NCBI GenBank assembly: GCA_013360595.1
Contig: JABWBJ010000027.1
Span: forward strand, 1-14,443
DNA: 14,443 nt
Origin: Gemmatimonadaceae bacterium
GTDB taxonomy: Bacteria > Gemmatimonadota > Gemmatimonadetes > Gemmatimonadales > Gemmatimonadaceae
Reading direction: 5' to 3'
Shown here: one piece after another, positions 7,232-14,443 of the stretch
Numbering within the stretch: position 1 is the first letter of the stretch
Layout of the letters: each line of letters starts with the position of its first letter
Position numbers and translations under genes: made by a program
The notes under the pieces: generated by a model
What the model was told of the DNA's origin: nothing
The model's input: only the letters and a program-made list of their open reading frames with translations
The model's database searches: none

Positions 7232-7810
7232 CTACCGGCCGCCCCAGCGTCCACCGATGAGGATCGGGATGTAGGTGCGTCCCGAGCCGGTTTCGTCGCT
7301 CTTCTTCATCGCCATGTCGTACCGGCCCTCGACGAAGATGCTGGCATTGCCCAGCTGGTAGTCGAGGCCGAGGCCACCCGACGCCATCAGACGGTGCTTG
7401 GTCGTGAACGGCTCGGTGTCCTCGAGTCCGGTCTCACCGGGATTCCGCTTGTACGTCAGGATGCCGCCACCCACGTTGGCGTACGGGCGGATCTTGTCGG
7501 TCCCGAAGGGGAGCCAGTACTCCAGGCGGCCCGCGAACGTCCAGATGTAGGCGTCCTCGGCGAAGCTCCCGAGACGGTCATTCCAGCCCATCGAGACGTC
7601 GAAGCGGAACCAGATGGTCTGGTTGAACTTGTACTCGAAGCCGCCCTGGGCCAGGAACCCCGACTTGGTAGAGTCCGCATCCTTCAGGTCGCCGGCCGTC
7701 GAGGTCGGGCCGACACCGAGGAAGCCGGAGATCTTTCCCTGCGCGGTCGCGTCCGCGGCAGGAACGAGGAAAAGCAGGGCCACTGCGCCGCACGTAAGGA
7801 CACGCTTCAT
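7232..7810 (-). CDS. Outer-membrane beta-barrel protein (OmpA-like / OmpW-like / opacity-family barrel) with an N-terminal signal peptide, 192 aa.
   Basis: The real start is the internal ATG at 7810-7808 (MKRVLTCGAVALLFLVPAADATAQ, a signal peptide with an A-x-A cleavage site), with GGAGG 5 nt upstream (plus-strand GTGCACCTCC). The mature part is made of alternating-hydrophobic beta-strands rich in aromatics and glycines (GFEYKFNQTIWFRFDVSMGW, YIWTFAGRLEYWLPFG, LGLDYQLGNASIFVEGRYD). The 57 codons upstream of this ATG in the supplied ORF are GC-drift. Confidence 0.7.
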   Translation of the reverse strand: MKRVLTCGAVALLFLVPAADATAQGKISGFLGVGPTSTAGDLKDADSTKSGFLAQGGFEYKFNQTIWFRFDVSMGWNDRLGSFAEDAYIWTFAGRLEYWLPFGTDKIRPYANVGGGILTYKRNPGETGLEDTEPFTTKHRLMASGGLGLDYQLGNASIFVEGRYDMAMKKSDETGSGRTYIPILIGGRWGGR

Positions 7811-8257
7811 GTGCACCTCCAAGAAGGGTCTGTCGGTCTGGCGGGAACGCAGGCGCCCCCGCGCGCTGAAAGCCCGAGGCTCGAACCGGGAGCCCCGACG
7901 CTGGTCCGTCCGAATGCCGATGCGCCCCGGTTCACGCCCGGGACCGCGACATAAAGTGTGGAGCCACCACGGCGTGCGCAACAGGAAAGTCTCCTGACGG
8001 CAGCCTCCAGCAGCGGCCAGTCCCTGGACGTGCCGCGAACCGACGGATCAGGGAGTGCGAAGAGGACGTCGGGGTCCGTCGAGTCTGGCGATCCACCCAA
8101 GATTTGTGATAGAGGCGCCGGCGGCCGGGCTCGAAACGCCCGCGTGGCTCCGGCGTCCCGGCGCTCCGGACGTGGAGAGCGGCGTCGGGCGCGGCTGAGC
8201 AGGGAGGCCTCCCCCGCGAACCCGGTGGAGCAGCGCAAACGTCGGCGGTCGTGTCTG

Positions 8258-8286
8258 TTGCACCCCCCCGGACCTCGCGGTAATTT
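8258..8286 (+). promoter_or_regulatory. Candidate sigma70-type promoter of the nuo operon: TTGCAC, a 17-nt spacer, then TAATTT.
   Basis: It is the only good -35/-10 pair in the 520-bp region upstream of nuoA. The -10 ends 44 nt before the nuoA ATG. Confidence 0.35.
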
Positions 8287-8301
8287 CGTTCGGCCGAGCA
8301 A

Positions 8302-8315
8302 GTGAATTTTTTCAC
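8302..8315. promoter_or_regulatory. Palindrome GTGAA-TTTT-TTCAC (GTGA-N6-TCAC, CRP/FNR-family-like core) 16 nt downstream of the candidate -10 and 15 nt upstream of the nuoA ATG.
   Basis: A 14-bp sequence with perfect dyad symmetry. It matches the TGTGA-N6-TCACA CRP-type core at 4 of 5 positions per half-site. Sitting at or after the likely transcription start, it would be a repressing position. Confidence 0.3.
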
Positions 8316-8329
8316 GAAGTCGGAACCCG

Positions 8330-8734
8330 ATGGATCGGACCTACCTGCCCATTCTTCTCCTGCTGGGGTTCGTGCTCGTGAACGCGGTCGGGATGATCGC
8401 GCTCTCGCACCTGACCATCCGGATCCGGCCGACGCCGGTCAAGGACACGCCCTACGAGTCCGGCATTCCGCCGCTTGGCGACGCGCGCGAGCGCTTCTCG
8501 GTGAAGTTCTACATGGTCGCGGTGCTCTTCATCATCTTCGACATCGAGACCGTGTTCATGATCCCGTGGGCGGTGCACTTCAACGAGCTGTCGTGCGCGG
8601 TGCCGCTGGTCGGCGGCGCCTGCCCGGCCGGCGGCACCTCGTTCTTCGGACTGGGCGAGATGCTCGTGTTCATGGCCATCCTGCTGGTCGGGTTCCTGTA
8701 CGTGTGGAAGAAGGGGGCGCTGCAGTGGGATTGA
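8330..8734 (+). CDS. nuoA: NADH-quinone oxidoreductase subunit A.
   Basis: 134 aa, 3 TM. Conserved NuoA blocks: [34 protein letters not shown]. Confidence 0.9.
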   Translation: MDRTYLPILLLLGFVLVNAVGMIALSHLTIRIRPTPVKDTPYESGIPPLGDARERFSVKFYMVAVLFIIFDIETVFMIPWAVHFNELSCAVPLVGGACPAGGTSFFGLGEMLVFMAILLVGFLYVWKKGALQWD

Positions 8735-9351
8735 CGACGCAGCCGGAGCGCCGCCAGGTCACCGTCTCGCCCGGGCAGGGCGAGGGGTGGATCACGACCC
8801 GCCTCGACTTCCTGGTCAATTGGGGGCGCGCGAACTCGCTCTGGCCCATGCCGTTCGGCACGGCCTGCTGCGCGATCGAGTTCATGGCGACCGCGGCGAG
8901 CAAGTACGACCTCGCGCGCTTCGGCATGGAGCGCATGTCGTTCTCGCCGCGCCAGGCCGACGTGCTCATCTGCGCCGGGCGCGTGCCGTTCAAGCTCGCC
9001 CCCGTGCTGCGGCGGATCTGGCAGCAGATGCTGCAGCCGAAGTGGGCGATCTCGATGGGCGCCTGCGCCTCGTCAGGCGGGATGTTCGACAACTACGCGG
9101 TGGTGCAGGGGATCGACACGATCATCCCGGTCGACGTCTACGTGCCCGGCTGCCCGCCGCGGCCCGAGGGCCTCATCTACGGCATCATGATGCTGCAGGA
9201 GAAGGTCAAGCGGGAACGGCTGTCGGACGAGCGGCTCCGCGACGAGATGGAGCCCGACCCGCAGAGCCACCTGTACATCCCGCCGTCGGCGATCGACGAA
9301 CTGTCGGAGCCGTTCGGCAATTCGGTGCATCAGACCAGGTCCGGCCTGTGA
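8731..9351 (+). CDS. nuoB: NADH-quinone oxidoreductase subunit B (N2 Fe-S).
   Basis: [65 protein letters not shown]. The start is uncertain. TTG at 8731 overlapping the nuoA stop (ATTGA) is the first in-frame start codon after nuoA. It has a C-terminal extension (about 50 aa after LQEKV). Confidence 0.88.
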   Translation: MTTQPERRQVTVSPGQGEGWITTRLDFLVNWGRANSLWPMPFGTACCAIEFMATAASKYDLARFGMERMSFSPRQADVLICAGRVPFKLAPVLRRIWQQMLQPKWAISMGACASSGGMFDNYAVVQGIDTIIPVDVYVPGCPPRPEGLIYGIMMLQEKVKRERLSDERLRDEMEPDPQSHLYIPPSAIDELSEPFGNSVHQTRSGL

Positions 9352-9434
9352 GCGGTTCGTCCGTGGCCCCGGGGAGCGCGAATCCGGCCCATGTGCCGGC
9401 GACGCCGCACCACGTTCCGCACCGCGGCGGCGCC

Positions 9435-10040
9435 ATGAATCCGTCGGCCGACCGGCTCCGGGAGCGCTTCCCGCAGGCGTTCGTGCGCGCCGAGGTGGTC
9501 TGGGGCGAAACCACCGTCTTCGTGCAGCCCGGCGCGGTGCTCGACGTCGTGCGGTATCTGCACGATGACGAGGCCGAGCGGTACGACTACCTGTCCGACG
9601 TGACCGCCGTCGAGTATCGGGACCTCGAACTGCCGCTGCAGGTGGTCTGGCACCTTCGGTCGCTGCCGCATCGCCGTTTCCTGCGCCTGAAGGCCGAGCT
9701 CCCGAAGGGCGCTCCCCTGGTGGTGCCCAGCGTGTTCCCGATCTACGCCGGCGCCGACTGGCTGGAGCGGGAGTGCTACGACATGTTCGGCATCCGCTTC
9801 GACGGCCACCCGGATCTCCGGCGCATTCTCATGTGGGAGCAGTACCAGGAGGGGTACCCGCTCCGGAAGGACTTCCCGCTGCGCGGCCGTTTCTCGCGTT
9901 CCGAGCAGCTCCGGCAGGCGCTGGCGGCCCAGCCGGAGAGCCGGTACTCGATGCACGAACTCACGATTGCCGACGCGTTCGAGGATCTGCCGCAGGACAT
10001 GCGGCAGCGCCTGGCGCGCGGCGAGCGGACGGGGGAGTAG
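9435..10040 (+). CDS. nuoC: NADH-quinone oxidoreductase subunit C (30 kDa).
   Basis: LRERFPQAFV...ETTVFVQPGAVLDVVRYLHDDEAERYDYLSDVTAVEY...FPIYAGADWLERECYDMFGIRFDGHPDLRRILM, a typical NuoC. An alternative start GTG at 9348 overlaps the nuoB stop (GTGA) and would add 29 aa. nuoC is separate from nuoD (TAGATG junction). Confidence 0.85.
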   Translation: MNPSADRLRERFPQAFVRAEVVWGETTVFVQPGAVLDVVRYLHDDEAERYDYLSDVTAVEYRDLELPLQVVWHLRSLPHRRFLRLKAELPKGAPLVVPSVFPIYAGADWLERECYDMFGIRFDGHPDLRRILMWEQYQEGYPLRKDFPLRGRFSRSEQLRQALAAQPESRYSMHELTIADAFEDLPQDMRQRLARGERTGE

Positions 10041-11348
10041 ATGGCGAAGCGCACGGTCGAGGTCGCGCTGTCGACGTCGGGGCTCGACGCCGAAGGACGC
10101 CCGCAGCGGACACCGCTCCTGGTCGACGAGGGCGGGCGCGTGACGACCCTGGAGCCGCCGCCGGCGATCGAGCCCGAGCTCGAGGGCGAGCACATGCTCA
10201 TCAACATCGGGCCGCAGCACCCGGCCACGCACGGGGTGCTCCGCCTGGTGCTCGAGCTGGACGGCGAAACCGTGGTCCGGTGCATTCCCCACGTGGGCTA
10301 TCTGCACTGCGGCTTCGAGAAGATCGGCGAGTACCGCCAGTACAACCAGATCATCCCCTGGACCGACCGCGAGGACTACCTCAACTCGCCGGGCAACAAC
10401 ATCGCCTTCGCGTTGGGCGCCGAACGCCTGTTCGGCGTGGAGATCACGCCGCGGTGCACGGTGCTCCGGGTGATCGCGATGGAGCTGTCGCGGATCATGT
10501 CCCACCTGGTCTGGCTCGGCACCACCTGCATCGACATCGGGGCCTTCACGCCCTTCCTCTGGTCGTTCCAGGAGCGGGAACGGATCTACACGCTGCTGGA
10601 GCAGTGGATCGGCGCCCGCCTGACGACCACGCTCACGCGCGTCGGCGGGATGGCCGCCGACATTCCCGACGGCTGGATGGACGGGCTCCGCGACTTCATC
10701 CGCACGTTCCCGAAGACCATCGCCGAGGTGGACCGGATGGTCACGCGCAACGGGATCTGGGTCGGCCGCACCATCGGGATCGGGGCCATGGGTCCGGAGG
10801 AGGCGGTCAACGCCGGCCTCTCCGGTCCGATGCTGCGCGCTTCCGGCGTGGCCTATGACGTCCGCAAGGACTTCCCGTACCTCGACTACGAGACCTACGA
10901 CTTCGACGTCCCGGTGGGCACGCAGGGCGACGTCTACGACCGCTTCCTGGTCCGCATGGAGGAACTGCGGCAGTCGGTGCGGATCCTGGAGCAGGCGGTG
11001 GCGCGCCTCCCCGACGGCCCCCTCAACGTCGACGACGCCCGGCTCATCCTTCCCCCCAAGACCAAGGCGACGAGCGAAATGGAATCCATGATCCATCACT
11101 TCAAGCAGGTGATGGAGGGCCCGCGGCCGCCGATCGGCGAGACCTATGTCGCGGTCGAGAGCCCGAAGGGGGAGAAGGGGTACTACTTCGTGTCCGACGG
11201 CACGCCCAAGCCGGTGCGCTGGCGCATCCGGCCGCCGTCGTACGTGAACCTGTCGGCAATCCCGAAGCTGGTCGAGGGCCACCTGCTGTCCGACGTCATC
11301 GCGATCAACGCCAGCATCGACATCGTCATGGGGGAGATCGACCGATGA
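10041..11348 (+). CDS. nuoD: NADH-quinone oxidoreductase subunit D (49 kDa).
   Basis: MLINIGPQHPATHGVLRLVLELDGETVV, the C-terminal block ETYVAVESPKGEKGYYFVSDG, and the ending VMGEIDR. About 25 aa of N-terminal extension compared with minimal NuoD. Confidence 0.95.
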   Translation: MAKRTVEVALSTSGLDAEGRPQRTPLLVDEGGRVTTLEPPPAIEPELEGEHMLINIGPQHPATHGVLRLVLELDGETVVRCIPHVGYLHCGFEKIGEYRQYNQIIPWTDREDYLNSPGNNIAFALGAERLFGVEITPRCTVLRVIAMELSRIMSHLVWLGTTCIDIGAFTPFLWSFQERERIYTLLEQWIGARLTTTLTRVGGMAADIPDGWMDGLRDFIRTFPKTIAEVDRMVTRNGIWVGRTIGIGAMGPEEAVNAGLSGPMLRASGVAYDVRKDFPYLDYETYDFDVPVGTQGDVYDRFLVRMEELRQSVRILEQAVARLPDGPLNVDDARLILPPKTKATSEMESMIHHFKQVMEGPRPPIGETYVAVESPKGEKGYYFVSDGTPKPVRWRIRPPSYVNLSAIPKLVEGHLLSDVIAINASIDIVMGEIDR

Positions 11349-11374
11349 GCGTCGAGCGTCGAGCGTCGAGCGCC
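11347..11374. repeat. Heptamer tandem repeat (GAGCGTC)x3 plus a degenerate GAGCGCC, in the nuoD-nuoE spacer immediately before the nuoE ribosome-binding site.
   Basis: Read directly: GAGCGTCGAGCGTCGAGCGTCGAGCGCC, then GAGAGGAGGT (ribosome-binding site), then the ATG at 11389. Confidence 0.8.
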
Positions 11375-11388
11375 GAGAGGAGGTCCGC

Positions 11389-11937
11389 ATGAGCCATGGG
11401 CCATCCGCGACCGGGGGCGCCGCGATTTCGACGGCAGCGCCCGGGCATGCACACGAGCCGTACGTCCCGGTCTTCACCGGCGAGACGAAGGCGCGCCTGG
11501 CGGCCCTCATGGAGCGCTATCCGACGAAGATGGCCTCCCTGCTGCCGGCGCTGTGGATGGTGCAGGAGGCGCGCGGATGGGTGAGCCCCGAGGCGATGGC
11601 CGAAGTCGCCCAGGAACTCGGGCTCACCGCCGCCTACGTCAAGGGCGTCGTCACGTTCTACACGATGTACCACCAGCACCCGGTGGGAAAGCACTTCATC
11701 CAGGTCTGCACCACGACGCCGTGCCACGTCTGCGGCGCCGAGGATGTCGTGAAGGCCTTCCTGGAGAAGACCGGGTGCGGGGAACTGGGCGTGACCTCCC
11801 CGGACGGCAAGTACACGGTGATCGAGGTGGAGTGCCTCGGCGCCTGCGGTTTCGCGACGCCGGTGATGGTCAACAGCGACTTCATCGAGTCGGTGACGCC
11901 GGAGAAGGTCCCGGAGCTGTTGAAACGATACCAGTGA
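11389..11937 (+). CDS. nuoE: NADH-quinone oxidoreductase subunit E (24 kDa, 2Fe-2S).
   Basis: GGAGG lies 8 nt upstream. LLPALWMVQEARGWVSPEAMAEVAQELGLTAAYVKGVVTFYTMY, and the Cys ligands CTTTPCHVCGA...ECLGACGFATPVMVNSDF. Confidence 0.9.
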   Translation: MSHGPSATGGAAISTAAPGHAHEPYVPVFTGETKARLAALMERYPTKMASLLPALWMVQEARGWVSPEAMAEVAQELGLTAAYVKGVVTFYTMYHQHPVGKHFIQVCTTTPCHVCGAEDVVKAFLEKTGCGELGVTSPDGKYTVIEVECLGACGFATPVMVNSDFIESVTPEKVPELLKRYQ

Positions 11938-12034
11938 TTCGTGACTCGCCGCTCGTGATTCGGCACTCCGCCGGTCGACGAGCCGCGAGACGCCGAATCC
12001 GCGCCGAGTCACGCATCACGAACACGAGTCACGA

Positions 12035-12036
<2 letters not shown>
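11937..12036 (+). promoter_or_regulatory. Nested inverted repeats spanning the whole 98-nt nuoE-nuoF spacer. The outer 12-bp perfect stem ATTCGTGACTCG / CGAGTCACGAAT pairs the nuoE stop region with the nuoF ATG.
   Basis: 11937-11948 is the exact reverse complement of 12025-12036. The inner GATTCGGC (11957-11964) pairs with GCCGAATC (11992-11999). GAGTCACG occurs twice. The nuoF ATG (12035-12037) lies inside the 3' arm. Confidence 0.45.
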
Positions 12037-13350
<1,314 letters not shown>

Positions 13351-13351
<1 letters not shown>

Positions 13352-14443
13352 TGGCCGACACGCCGCTCGTCAACCTGACCATCGAAGGGCGCGCCGTCTC
13401 GGTGCCGGCGGGGACGTCCATCCTCGAGGCCGCCAAGACCGTCGGCGTCCTCATCCCGCACTACTGCTACCATCCGTCGCTCCCGGTCGCGGGCGTGTGC
13501 CGCATGTGCCTGGTCGACGTGGAGAAGGCGCCGAAACTCGCGCCGGCGTGCGCCACGGCGGTCGCGGAAGGGCAGGTGGTCCACGTGCACGCCGAGAAGG
13601 CGCGCGAGGCGCGGCAGGGCGTGCTCGAAATGCTCCTCATCAACCACCCGCTGGACTGTCCCATCTGCGACCAGGCCGGCGAGTGCGAGCTGCAGGACTA
13701 CACGTACCAGGAAGGCCGCGCCGACAGCCGGTATCGCGAAGCCAAGCGGTTCAATCCGGTCGAGGACTTCGGCGGCGACGTGATGTACGTCCCGAACCGC
13801 TGCATCCTGTGCACGCGCTGCGTGCGCTTCATGGAGGACGTGGCCGGGGACGCCGTCCTCACCGTGAGCGAGCGCGGCGACCGGGCCACGATCGGGAAGT
13901 TCGAGGGGCGTGATCTCACGCACCCGTGGGCCGGGAACGTGGTCGATCTGTGTCCGGTGGGTGCGCTCCTGTCCAAGGACTTCATGAACAAGGCGCGGGC
14001 CTGGGAGCTGGACCGGACCGCGTCGGTCTGCACGGGGTGCAGCCAGGGGTGCAACATCATGATCGAGACGCGCGACAACGCCGTCGTCAGGCTGCGGCCG
14101 CGGCCGAACGCCGACGTGAACGCGCATTTCATGTGCGATCACGGGCGGCTCGACTACCGCTGGATGAATCGCGTCGACCGGCTCGAGGCGCCGTCGATTC
14201 TCGGGGCGGCGGGTCCGCAGACCGTGGACTGGGACGTCGCGCTGGCCGGCGCGGCGCGCGTGCTCAAGGGGAAGCGCGTCTTGGTGTTCGCCTCGCCGAA
14301 CCTGTCCAACGAGGCGTTGTACGTGCTGTCGCGGATCGCGAAGTCGTCAGGCGGCAGCGGCGCATATCGGGTGCCGACGGGCGCCGAGGCGCCCCTCCCG
14401 GGCGCGGACGATCTGGCGCTCCGGGCGGACCGGGCCGCCAACG
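13351..14443 (+). CDS. nuoG: NADH-quinone oxidoreductase subunit G (75 kDa), with the N-terminal 364 codons in the window. Truncated at the window end.
   Basis: The ATG overlaps the nuoF stop (TGATG). My own translation, MADTPLVNLTIEGRAVSVPAGTSILEAAKTVGVLIPHYCYHPSLPVAGVCRMCLVDV...HPLDCPICDQAGECELQDY...CILCTRCVRF, stays open to the end of the window. The frame is absent from the supplied ORF track because it has no stop. Confidence 0.9.

Noticed and set aside
7869-7885. GGCTCGAACCGGGAGCC, a T-arm-like motif that might indicate a tRNA or tmRNA in the long intergenic region.
   Set aside because: The loop does not match TTCRANY on either strand, no acceptor or anticodon arms can be built around it, and the related copy at 8118 also lacks tRNA context. 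It is more likely a short direct repeat.
7810-7981. A 57-codon N-terminal extension of the outer-membrane protein ORF (MRTPWWLHTLCRGPGREPG...).
   Set aside because: The internal ATG at 7810 has a GGAGG ribosome-binding site and is followed immediately by a canonical signal peptide. The upstream part is Arg/Gly-rich with no signal-peptide character.
7958-8305. 115-aa plus-strand ORF and several 70-165-aa ORFs inside the 520-bp region upstream of nuoA.
   Set aside because: They are highly basic or low-complexity (RRRARLSREASP...), have no ribosome-binding site, and would overlap the candidate promoter elements. I treat them as non-coding.
8787-9434. The front part of the 417-aa plus-strand ORF at 8787-10040, beginning [10 protein letters not shown].
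   Set aside because: Only its last third (from 9348 or 9435) is NuoC. The upstream two-thirds overlap nuoB in another frame and have no NuoC similarity.
9330-11510. 726-aa minus-strand ORF across nuoC and nuoD.
   Set aside because: It is antisense to the well-supported nuoC and nuoD. It is an Arg/Gly/Pro/His-rich low-complexity translation with no recognisable domain.

Overview
This 14.4 kb window comes from a very GC-rich (about 70%) bacterial chromosome. Coding density is high and third codon positions are strongly G/C. Because of the GC bias almost every stretch is open in several frames, so gene calls rest on recognisable protein motifs, start-codon context and synteny, not on ORF length.

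Layout, left to right:
- 1-994 (-): the 5' portion of a gene for an RsbR-like stressosome sensor (two PAS domains followed by a STAS domain). It has a clean AAGGAG ribosome-binding site, and its C-terminus lies beyond the window edge.
- 1171-3660 (+): an 829-aa homolog of the eukaryotic major vault protein (MVP). It is transcribed divergently from the RsbR-like gene and keeps the full MVP domain order: N-terminal MVP beta-repeats, the alpha/beta shoulder, a long coiled-coil cap helix and the cap-ring tail. It carries an odd N-terminal (Asp-Arg)n tail and an internal G8 homopolymer.
- 3771-7162 (+): sdhC, sdhA and sdhB, a type-B (Bacillus/Wolinella-like) di-haem succinate:quinone oxidoreductase. 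It sits directly downstream of the MVP gene on the same strand.
- 7185-7206: a convergent GC hairpin terminator.
- 7232-7810 (-): a signal-peptide-bearing outer-membrane beta-barrel protein.
- 7811-8329: a 520-bp regulatory region.
- 8330-14443 (+): the start of the complex I operon, nuoA, nuoB, nuoC, nuoD, nuoE, nuoF and a 3'-truncated nuoG. nuoC and nuoD are not fused, and adjacent genes show stop/start overlaps.

The MVP homolog and its pairing with a stressosome-type sensor is the standout feature. Secondary curiosities are a start-codon-sequestering inverted repeat between nuoE and nuoF, a heptamer tandem repeat between nuoD and nuoE, and a CRP/FNR-like palindrome just downstream of the candidate nuo promoter.
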